Assembly (NCBI GenBank): GCA_026770705.1
Contig: JANJGN010000004.1
Location: 136,710,001-136,774,000, forward strand
Origin: Isurus oxyrinchus
Lineage: Eukaryota
DNA: 64,000 nucleotides
Direction of reading: 5' to 3'
The position numbers were made by a program, and so were the translations under genes. The notes below the pieces were generated by a model. It was not told the origin of the DNA, ran no database searches, and saw nothing but the letters and a program-made list of their open reading frames with translations. The stretch's first letter is position 1, and each line of letters begins with the position of its first letter. This document shows positions 11,776 through 23,205 of the stretch, one piece after another.

Positions 11776-14014
11776 CTTTTTGTGTTGGGGATCGGTGAAA
11801 GATTTAGTTATCTCAAGTACATCTTGCACAGTAATGTTCATTATATCATCAAAGTTCACCTTAAAGCATTCTACATCCCTTCCTGTACCCTTGATATTGT
11901 GTTCTATCAAGCAGAACAACCCATTTTTACTAATAATATGTCTCCAGACTGGAAGGCCTTTCTCTGTCGGTGGATTTGAATTAAGAACAATCTTTTTATA
12001 TAACTGACAGCAAGCTGACACAATGGTCATGCAATAGTTACACCAGACATCTCTTAAGCTTATGAGAAAATCAATATGACTTACGATTTTGGAGAATTCA
12101 GATTGCCGCACTAACTTATTGACCTCTTAGAAATTCAGCCAAATACTTACACCACTACTACAAAAGTAGTCTAGAAATGACTGTTAACGATGTTAGGTGA
12201 CACTAATGTATCTACTTAAATCTATCCCCATGACATTCCTCTATCCAACATTTTAATACAAACATTAATCATTTATTTTAAATGAATTAATGCATCCATT
12301 AAAATATTAGATAAAAAATAATACAAATACGTTAATTTTTATACATTAACATTAGTGATTTTTGGGCTCATATTTACTATGGTCACACATCTTAAATTAC
12401 TTTCAATATGTTTTAATGTCTAAAGAATTTTAGAAAGTTGTTTTGCAACATGGTAGGTGATTCAGTGTCAAAATATTGGTGATTATGTTTCATGTCACAT
12501 ACTTACTGTTGGAGGAGATGTGGCCCCAGGCTAAGAGTGTTTCTCCCTTACTATAACCTGTACTCATGTAAATAAATGAAGATGAAGCATAATTAGAATC
12601 TGTCACCCAGAAAAGCACAAAGTGTCCATTTTTGTGAAATTAGTTTTGTTCTTCTGGTGATAAAAATGCATATTAGTAGGACCAGCAGGTGATTGGTTGA
12701 CAATTGTTAATAAAATTATGGAAGTATATCCGTGATCAGTAAATATAAATATATATATATCAATAATTTGAGTAAAATTCTTATTAAGCTGAAGATGCTG
12801 TTAGCATTTTAATAATTATTATTATTAGATACATAATATCCACCATCAGCAAAGTAAATAATACATTTTTCTTAAACTATAAGTAGGAATTGTTTTTTCA
12901 CCAAGGAATTTTATTTTGTTACTTTGTAACTGCTACATAATACTGATACAACCAAATAAATTCTAAATGTGATTGCTTTTAAAGCAAATGAGCCTATTCT
13001 GTTTACATCAGTACACTTAAATTCCAGACCTGTTGGCAGACTTTATTCTTTTGCAACTGAGCTATAATGATCATGGCTTGAGCTACTTGAAACTGCCTGT
13101 ATGATGGTTTAGAGCATCAGCTCACCACAGACCTGTGAAGGTTGAAGAAAATGTTGATTGTTTTGCCCTACAAAAAAAAAATTGAATAGAGCTTCAAATT
13201 GTATATAAATTATAAACAACTTATCTGAAATATGTAAGTTATAGAATAATCATTCTTCTACGTTCAGTGGGATAAGAGATGTGAGCACAAGTTGACTGAA
13301 GGCAGTGACCAATAGTATCCATCAATCCTAGATAGTTGGGTTGATTCTCCTCTTTCCTTTTTCAGTACTGTTCATTAACACAGGCTAGCAAGAGGTCAAT
13401 CTAATAAACAGAAGGTCAACACATGCACCATCGGTGTATAGACGTTTGTAGAGCAATAAAGTCATAAAAAAAATGTAACCCTGGGGGTGGGTGACTTGAA
13501 ACAGGAGGAAAAATTATAGCTAACAAAGGTTTCTTTCTGTACCCAAAGAGCCCACACAGTCAACCTCATAAAAATTACTTAAGCCAATTCTATCTTTATG
13601 CAAGGAGATATGATAAAATTGTCACAATGTAATACCTCAATATTAGTTTTTAAAGTGAAAAGTCACCTATCACAACATGTTTCCAAACACAATATGTATT
13701 TTATATTGTAATAAGTAATAACTTTTTCAGTCTGGTAATGTTTAAAAATAATCTGTCAAATTAACTTTAGTTGAATTGAGAACCTGCATAACAATGACAT
13801 AATTAGGTGAATAACATTAAAGCAATATATAATTTAGGGATGTTACTGATCATTCTTTTTAATGATGACTGCCATTAAAGTGTAAACTCTTTTTTTAATA
13901 CTGCTGCCATCACACTCCATCATGTCTAGGAAAAATATTTGTATAATTTATTTTCACAGTCTGATAACTTCTGTTGGTGTACCACATCGCCTTCCAGAAG
14001 CATGAAGAACGCTA

Positions 14015-14362
14015 TAGATTGAGTATCGTTTATCTGAAACACCCTGGGCCGATTGTATTTTGGAGTTTAGATCGTTTCAGTTTTCGGATACCACATATAA
14101 ACTAGTATTGCAATGGCCTGAGCCTAGTCTAGCTATCGTCTAAAGTAAATAAAATGGCTAGAAAAGTAGGATGTATCACTGAATAATAAAAGCAGGGCAC
14201 CTAAAAAAAGTTTCTTTCTGACATGTTCACTACAAAAATCGCAAGGTAAACAGTGCAAACAAACAATTAGACTTCCAGTGCTTAAGGTTGATGAGGTTCA
14301 AAAAAGTGCAGTTTTTGGATGTGTTTGTTTTTCGTATTTACGGATAAAAGATACTCAGCCTG
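14015..14362. mobile_element. Tigger/pogo-type MITE with TIRs and TA target duplication
   Basis: Left ta|tagattgagtatcgtttatctg; right (reverse complement) ta|caggctgagtatcttttatccg. Confidence 0.8.
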
Positions 14363-14624
14363 TACTAGAAAGCACTAAACTCTGTTACATTGATTTTTTA
14401 CTGGACAGTTGGTAATGATTTCAGATTTTAGTGATTATTAACCTTTTGACGGCTTCTGTTATATTTTTACACTTTGTAAAATATGTAACAAGATTACAGT
14501 ATGCAAATATATTCAATAAATATATGAAAAGAAATGTGCTGTGGGACCCCGAATTTGTCTCATGCCTTCAAATAGTCAACATTATAAAAATACAGAAGAC
14601 ATTTTAGGAAGATAGGCATATTAT

Positions 14625-15790
14625 TCAAAATAGGAATATAGGAAACAGGAGAAGGAGTAGGCCATATGGCCTAGTAAGTCTGCTCCACAATTCAAACAGA
14701 TCATGGCTGATAATCTACCTCTATGCCATTTTTCCCCAACATCTCCATATCCATTGATGTCACTTGTATCCAGAAATCTATTGATTTCTGTCTTGAACAT
14801 GCTTAATGATTGAGCTCCCCATCCCTCTGGGATAGAAAATTCCAAAGGTTCACCACCCTCTGAGTGAAGAAATTCCTCCTCATTTCAGGCTTAAATAGCC
14901 TGTCCGTTGTTTTGAGACTGTGTCCCCTGGTTCTAGACTCACCAGTTAGGGTATCTATCCTATCCACATCTACCCTATCAGGTCCTGTAAGAATTGTGTA
15001 AATTTTAATGAGATCACTTCTCATTCTTCAAGATGCCAGAGAATGCAGGCCCAGTTTCCTCAATCTCTCATCATAAAACAACCCCGCCATCCCAGGGATT
15101 AGTGTGGTGAACCTCTGTTGTGCTTTCTCTAAGGCAAGTATATTCTTTCTCAGATTAGGAGACCAAAACTGTACACAAATATCCAGGTGTGGCTGCACCA
15201 AGGTTCTACATGGGTGCAGCAAAACATCATTACTCCATTACGCAATACCCTTTGCACTGACGGCCAACATACCATTTGCCTTCCTAATTGCTTGCTGCAC
15301 CTGCATGTTAGCTTTTAGTGACTCAGGAACAAGGATACACAGGTCCCTTTGAACATCACAACCTCTCATCATTTAAGAAATACTCTGCCTTTTTGTTGTT
15401 TCTACTAAAGTGAATAACTTCACATAATATTCCATCATTCGTGTTCTTGGCCATTCACTTAGCCTACCCAAATCCCCTTGAAGCCTCCCTGCATCTTCCT
15501 CACAACTCACATTCCCACCTAATTTTGTGTCAGCAGCAAATTTGGAACTATTACATTTGGTCCCCACATCCAAATCATTTTTATAGATTGTAAATGGTTA
15601 TGGCCCAAGCACTGATCCTTGCGGTACCCCACTTGTAACAGCCTGCCATCCTGTGAATGACCCGTATATTCCTACTCTGTTTTCTGTCAGTTAACCAATT
15701 CTCAATTCATAGCAGTATATTACCCCAATCCCATGTGTTCTAATTTTGTTTACTAACCTCCTGTGTGGGACCTTATCAAAAGCCTTCTGA
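14625..15790 (-). mobile_element. 5'-truncated CR1 LINE (RT domain to 3'UTR)
   Basis: FQKAFDKVPHRRL, KFAADTKLGG, RTLVQPHLD.CVQFWSP, TRGHSLK and RRNFFTQRVVNLWN occur in order, with frameshifts. Confidence 0.92.
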
Positions 15791-15866
15791 ATAAATAAAT
15801 TATTTCAAAGGCTGCAAAAGAGCTCGAGCATTTGAAAAAACAGCAAATTCATTCCAACGTGAACAT

Positions 15867-16650
15867 AGGGGAGAATTTTCTCCCCATTTGGTGGGGGGGG
15901 TTGGGCGGGAGCAATGCTTTGGATCAACATAACATATACACTGGCCATAAAATGTCCCTATAATCAACTGCACATGATCACTCCATCAGTTTAAGGTAAT
16001 TATATCAAAATCATTAATTCACCAAATGGTGTCTGAAAATGACCCAGGCAGCCGTGTGGAGCCAATCACCGCCCGCAATTGGCTGCGTGCCACCATTTTA
16101 CATGGGCAGGCCAATTAAGGCCCACCCAGCATGACGCATACCCAGAGATGTTGAGTGCTCTATGTGCAGGCAGGGGGAATAGTGTGAATTGGGGCCTGTG
16201 CTCTTTCGCGCGCATGCGTGCAAAAGAGCACAGAAATCTCCCTGAGGCACAGAGCTGCCTCAGGGAGATTATTTTGATTTTTAAAAATTTTAATAAAGGA
16301 AAAAATTTTAAAGACATGTTCCCTCATGTGACAGTGTCACATGAGCTGGGACATGTCTATGACTTTTATTAAAAATTTCTATTAATGTTTTAAAACCTTC
16401 ATGAAACCACATCCTGCCAGTGGATTGGGCATGACAGTTCAGTTAATTCATTCAATTGGAATTTAAATGTCCTCAATAGGCCTTTGCCAGTATGGCGGGC
16501 ATGCCGCCTACTCCGGTGTGCACCCGCCAAACTGAATATCTGAATGACACACAGTGACGTCAGGATGCACGCCCAATGTCACTGCGCGTCATTTTACGTG
16601 TCGGCGAGCGGGACCAGCCCTCACTCGCCAACCCAAAGATTCTGCCCATA
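15867..16650. mobile_element. Multi-hairpin non-autonomous short-TIR element
   Basis: Termini taggggagaatttt / aagattctgcccata; internal palindromes at 16196-16233, 16235-16270, 16323-16345, 16493-16529 and 16550-16587. Confidence 0.7.
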
Positions 16651-17378
16651 GTTGCAATGTTACATGATTATATTAAGAGTCTGTTTTAAATCAAAAAGGT
16701 TATGACCCTATAATATTTATGATTAAAAACTTCAAATGTGCAGCCTTAGTAAATGTTTAGAAGCAATATTATTTTTCTGATTTATTGGACTTCATTAAAT
16801 ATCCAAAGTTAAGTGCCGATGTGCATTTTGCCGACTCTCTCAACCTGTGAAAAATTAACAGTGTCTTTATTTAGAAAATAATGGATGCATAAGAATGATT
16901 AACAGCAGGCACTGATCTAATCTGAATTTTGGATGATGTCAAAAACCTCAAAAGTTTGACTCAAGCACTTTTTACTGGTCACCTGAATCTTCAGATTAGA
17001 TTGCCTTGAAATCACTCCTGGAAATCTTTTTAAAAACAATATATTTTTAAAACAATTTTATGAGATGGCTACATTCAGCTTTGCATTGGCAATGCCTTTC
17101 AGACCAGATGCCAGCTATTGTGTGTTCTCAGTTCTTGATGCATGATGATTACTCCCAATCAGAGGTTGTGCACATCTCAGAGGTTGTGCACATCCCACCC
17201 AGGAGTAAGCAAGGAAGGGAATAGGGGACATCAGAAGAAGCATCCCTGGGTCATTTTCAGACACTATTTGGTGAATTAATGATTTTGATATAATTGCCTT
17301 AAACTGATGGAGTGATCATGTGCAGTTGATTATTGGGACATTTTATGGCCAGTGTATGTGATATGTTGATCAAAAGCA
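15915..17378. repeat. 134-bp inverted repeat (15915-16048 versus 17245-17378)
   Basis: Ungapped, 6 mismatches. Confidence 0.95.
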
Positions 17379-17858
17379 ATCATGATCCTAAACTTGTATT
17401 TTTGTATTTTTATTTACTGCCCCATGCATAGTGACCTGCAAACAGAATTTAAAATCTAGTATTTTAAATAGTTTTTTCTTGCAATTTAGTTAGCCAACAA
17501 ATATTTCCTATTCCTTGTTGACACTGATGTGAGTGTAAGTAACTCATCAGCTGGTATTCTTTTTGTAATGTACTTCCTTGTAAGGGAGATTTCTGCATAT
17601 TCCACTTGTTACTCAATCTTTTGCTTCTGAAATTAAATTTCCATGTATTTTAACAATTATTTTCTTGCTTATCTTCTTCTGGGTTCTCATGAGTCACACA
17701 TCATTTGCAGCCAAAAGACAGGCAGAGTCCTTACACACCTGCCAATATCACTCTTGAGCTGGCCACCAAATAGCGTGTGAAAATGACCCAGGGATTCTTC
17801 TTCTGATTTCCCCTATTCCCTCCCTTTCTCACTCCTGGGTGGGAAGTGCACAACCTCT
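17179..17858. repeat. 95-bp inverted repeat (17179-17273 versus 17764-17858)
   Basis: Ungapped, 8 mismatches; 18-bp tandem duplication at 17159-17194. Confidence 0.92.
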
Positions 17859-20348
17859 AATTTTCTATCCTTCACATAAGTGAGGCTAAGATCAGGAGCT
17901 CAGTGGATTGAGGATTCAAGTTGTTACTGAGCTACTATATCATGCTGTATATTGATAATTCAAAGCATTACGTGACCACACCACCTTGATTCACAGACTT
18001 GTCATCTTGCTATTGCTTAAATGTATTGCTTGTGCCCTAGTAGTTAACTTCACTGAATTAATGTTGCTGCGATCTGTGACACTTCTATTGTACTAAGATT
18101 TGTGTAATTGCCATGTGCAACATTGAAATCTCCTTTAAATATCATATGCTTGCCAGCTTTAAACTACATCTTTCATGTTCTTTCTTTCTTGATGTGACAT
18201 GCACATTTTTTTCATAATTACCAGTGACATGTGGTCTGTGTTTGGTTCAACAAACTATTGGATAAACCTAGAACAGATTAGTGAACAGATCATGCAGTCT
18301 GAATCACTTGAAAAACTTGCTTGATTTTTCAAGCAGTCCATGACATGTACATCCTGTATCACACCTGTAAATGATAGACAAAATCACTTGATGCTACTAA
18401 GTGACAGTTGTGCTGCGTTTTGCCAAGCCAGTCCTTGAGTGTTGGTGTTTCGTCCAGCCTCTGTTCACAAGAACTGACCCACATCACATGGCTTTGGCCT
18501 AGTTTTATGTCGTTAATTGATAGTAAGCATGCTTTGTCACTAAGTAAGCCGAGCATGTCAATCACCTTTGCAGCTTACATATTGTTGACCTCAGCCTGGA
18601 AACTGTATTTTACACCAAATAGCTGAATGAGAAAGTCGTTTAAGTATCTAGAATAGTTAATACGAGGATGAAGATTGTTCATATGAAACTGACTGTTACC
18701 TGACTGTTACTAGTCAGGTGCCAGCATGTATGACAGCTAGTCACCCCTTAAAGGAGTGCTACAGTTCAGTTGTTAAAATCAGTGTTGTTGCACTCTGGCA
18801 GTTAAATGATTGAAGATTACAGTGGCATCAACTTAAATAAATTGTCCTTTTTATTTCAAAATCCATGCAAATGCAGTAAATGTAGAGAGACCTGCCATCT
18901 TGTGAGCATGGGCATATGGACACTGATATTTAATGGCAGTTCCTGTCTATAGCAGCCTAGGGTGCCTCACCTGCATGGAAATTTTTCAGACAGAAAAATC
19001 AGCACTCACCTATTACCACTGGATGTAGCACTCATTTATGTTCTGATCCCAGCTGTAGCCTTTAACCTTTCTAAAATTGCAGTTCCTTTCAAAATCAAGA
19101 TTTATTTTATTTTAGTGTTGATGTCTCGATTAAATTAAATCACATCTGTTTTTCTAGAAATGGCCAAGAACATTGTGATCTAGAAATAATGCACAGACTG
19201 ACACTTTTAAGAATTGCTGTTGAATTCTAATAAATGCAGAACTATTTTGCCTGTAAATGTTATGCTTGCATCAGGATTATGCTTGGGTCAGGATTTCTGT
19301 AAACCACAGATAAAAGTAGTCAATTTACTAATCTTTGTGCCACAGCCCATTTAATCATTCATTTGGTAATTCACTATAAACAAAACAGAAAACAGTTAAC
19401 AAAATCCTTTGTTTTACACAAACGTAATTAGACTTTGAGAATGTGCTTCTGTCTCTAGATGAAACTTGGCTGTGGATTGGCTAAATTTCATGTGCAGAGC
19501 AATAAAAGCAGATAATTTCAGGACATTTTATGCTTGGATCGGGATTTTGTAATTCACAGTTATTCTTGGATCAAGAATCCAACACAATGAGGGTGAATGG
19601 CAAGTGGTTTGTCATATTGGAATTCTGTATTTGGGGTGCAGTTCTGCTTCAATAAGGTACTTGGAGTCAACCGTAAAACAATTGCTTCATGCAAAAGGCT
19701 GCAATATCAAATGACTTGCATGGTCTTGTGAGACAGGCGGGCTGAAATTGTGTGGACCTCAACAATCTCTCTCCACAGCTCTGGCTCCATATACCCCCAC
19801 AGAATTTTAGCTCCAAGACCTCTACAAGTCCAATTTAGTAATATACAATGGCACCATTCGTGACATAAGTTGTTAAGTTGTTATCATTTGGAACAGCTTG
19901 CATTCCTGTGTTCGGTAAATTGACAAGAAGATCCTCCATTTTGAATATCCTGAGTTGACTTGATGGTATTCCCATCTCCCCAAACCGTTTCAGTTTTTGA
20001 AACTTAGTTGCCCTGCTGCACATTAGTTTTTGGATCTTCGCATCACTAATATTACTACTGACTACTAACATGTTGTTTAAACATGCATGCTCTTCATCAA
20101 AAACAATTGTAGATTTCCAGATTTGTTGCCGCCTTTTACTCAGAAGGAATGCTTTCGACAAGCTAGTCAGCCAAACAATGCCAACCTTTTAATATTGGGA
20201 GTTCATAGATGGGTTGTTCCTCCATATTCAAAAGAAAATGAACCTTTTAACTGAGAAGGGATTTTCCCCACAAATTACCAGTATATGACATTAACACGCA
20301 AACGGTGGGTATTGCCATTAACTATGTTTCTTTTTCACCCATTTCTAG

Positions 20349-20500
20349 GTACAGAACGGCATGAGCTAACTTCCTGGAAGAGTTTTCATTCTATTTTCAA
20401 GTATTTTACTCAAGCTTTAGAGGCACAGAGCACTGAAGCAAAATCTAAGTCAACGGTGACAACAAGAAGCTCATATCGAAAGAAAAGTGAAGATTTATGA
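20349..20500 (+). CDS. FAM172A: FAM172A (ARB2A) last coding exon
   Basis: Polypyrimidine tract plus acceptor tttttcacccatttctag|GT. Peptide [50 protein letters not shown] matches the recalled FAM172A C-terminus (..[21 protein letters not shown]). The convergent position next to NR2F1 matches known vertebrate synteny. Upstream exons were not found in the window. Confidence 0.92.
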
Positions 20501-23205
20501 AGCAAAATGCTATTTTCCTGCTTTTTTTGTGCTGGCAGTCCCCCGGTCCCTCATTAGATTGTTTTCTTCTTGGAGCAAAGGGTCACGGTGTATACATCTA
20601 AATAGCATTTTGCATTATTTCTAGATGAGCGCAACTGTCAAAGCAATATGGGTTTGCCGGTTGTGTTTCCTGTGGTCCCGAGCTCAGATTTGGTGCCACC
20701 GATCGGTGCACAGATCAAGAGTGACAGCAGTTCTGCTCAGTGCAGCACAGAGCGGCTCTAATTGCCCTGACACAGCCCTGCGCTGTGCTAATGCCATGGG
20801 GCTATTGGCTTCCCCCACGTCCTAAAGCCTGCCAAACTATCCTTCATTAAAGAGACAGCCTCTCTTTTGTCGGCCTATGTACAGCAGCTTTTAAAATAGC
20901 CGAGAATCACAGCCACTCAACATTTTCCTTTCACGTACTCAAGCCTTGTCATAATTTTCAAGGGACTTCAAATGCATTTAAGTCGCTAAAGATGACAGTT
21001 GTTTTTGGTGATGCCAGCTGTCACTTTTTGTAGCTGCTTAAAAAATAGCTTTGTATTATTGAAACTGTGTGTTTGTTTTACAAAAAAAGCCAACAACACT
21101 TCTTAAAGCTGGAGGATGTTTAAAGATACGTTGAGTGAATTTGATTCGTTGTAAATTTCTGTCTGTTGGCTAACATAAACTGAAGCTATCTTTTTTTTAA
21201 AAAGCATTAATTAAATTTCTAAATCAAGAGGTATGTATCCATTATGTGATCTGATCAATGTACAGTTATACGTAAATATATCCTCAAAAATGACTAGCTG
21301 AGTTTGTAAAACTAGATTGCAAACTGGACAGTGCAAACAATAGAGCCACCATAGCACTGTTTCCTCGGAGCATTCAAAAACATAAAACAAGTAGTTGAAA
21401 GATCCCTGTAAATATTTTCATTCTACATTTGTTGGAATTTTACATTTTCTTGCTTTTAGCTAGTTGCTGAGCAATCTGTTTTAAATACCGACTTTTAAAC
21501 TCTTTATGGAAAACATATATATTAGTTCCATGAGCTCATATGAAATGTGTGTTGCAATTCTTGTTTTAAGTGATATTTCATTGTCCGTTTTAAATCATTT
21601 CAGCTTTTCTAACAATTAGAATGGGATTTAAATGATTTAAGCATTACAGTAATTGTGAACTTGCTTTGTAAGGATGTAATGCTCCAAATATCAAAAACAA
21701 GAAATTGCATATTAATACTAGTTTAGACCCTGGCATTCTATCTGGAAGTTATTTTTTCTGTTTTACAGTTTGCTCGTTATTGCTCGAGAGATGTGATGCA
21801 TTGGCTATAGCGTAGCTTGGGAATTATGTTAAAATCTAGGACACACAAATGGTAAAATTTGAGTAATGTAAGGTATGTTTTAAGACATGCTTTCAAAAAT
21901 CCTCTGAGTAATTAATCATTACTTTGTTTAATCATTTGTAAATTGGGGCTTTTGTAGTATTTTAGAACATGAACTAATACAAAACAGAGAGTAGATTATT
22001 TAGAATATTCGAATTCCTGTTATTGCAGACATAAGTCAGAAGAACAGCACTAAAATGCTAGATGAAAATTAAAATACGTGCCTTTGATTAAATATTTAGC
22101 AATACAAAGTTTGAGAAATATGAATTTGCACAAAAGCAGCGTACAAAGTGATTAATTCAAGTGATTTGTTCGAGTTTATAATGCTGCCAGTGCTCTGAAT
22201 GGCTGGAAAGCTCCATTAGGTTATGTGAATAGGCAAAAGGACCCAGGGGAAGCCTTTGGTAGCTCTTTTGGCGCATGTGCAGCTCACTCCCGTAGAAGTA
22301 GGATAGGAGGTTTGCAGCTGGAGCTTTGATTGGAGTTTAAAGTCATTTGACATTTCCAGCACTTTCTGCAAAATGACACTGGTCCCTGCAGAACGTGTGC
22401 CTTATCCCTACATTCTTTCGATGTGCATAGAGTTTAAGTGTGGAAATTGTAAAATGAACTAAGCTAACCCCAAAATCGAGCATTTTAATTTTTGGTGTTG
22501 ACTCATCAGTTAATCTCTAGACATATTAAAATTGGTTGACATTGTTTTTACAGTTATATGTTAGTCAAGGAAATGCAGAAATGGTCAACGAAATATTTTT
22601 AGATTTAAATTGGTTTTCATTGTAATCATGAAGTAGAAAAGTGAAAGAAAAAATGGAACCCGTAAAATACCCTTCAGTCAATTACTTTGTGCATTGTAAG
22701 ACTTAATTGTTTAAAGCAATGTGATGGTTACATTTAAAGAATCCGCTCCCTTTTATATTGAGTATTAAACGTTGTGCATATATTTGTAATCGGAAATGTA
22801 ATTAGTCAGATTTTGAAATATTACAGGCTTACTTTTGAAAACTATCATAAAGGAAGGAAATCACCTCGAGACGATGCCGGCTGGGGATGACTGACAGCAC
22901 TAAGTGAATAGAAGCTTTCCATGCAATTGTGAACCGGGGCAGTGGGGGGAAATGTAAAGGAGAGGAAAATGAATTTTCAAACTAAAAAGCTTTAAAACGG
23001 AGCTGTGATTTTTATTTGTGATAGTTTTGAAATCCACCTTATGAAACTGAAGCACTGGAATGAAAAGTTATGTTCTCCAGTGCATAAATCCAACTCTACC
23101 TTTTATCAAGCTGTATCGATGACCCTGATTTTAAAGCATTTTACTTTCCAATGACAATGTTTAAACAAGCTGAATCGAAATAAAGGTTCATTCTCCATTT
23201 AGTTT
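20501..23205 (+). other. FAM172A: Probable FAM172A 3'UTR
   Basis: Runs from the stop to the first canonical AATAAA I found (23179-23184), which is followed by a GT-rich tract (gtgtctttgttgtcagtggtgtt). The end is inferred. Confidence 0.6.
23179..23184 (+). terminator. Candidate FAM172A polyadenylation signal
   Basis: AATAAA plus downstream GU-rich element. Confidence 0.55.

Noticed and set aside
18359-18565. WVSSCEQRLDET resembling the FAM172A penultimate exon
   Set aside because: Wrong strand relative to the last exon and the similarity is too short.
19835-20161. 108-codon antisense ORF just upstream of the FAM172A exon
   Set aside because: TTG start, no recognisable homology and no splice support.
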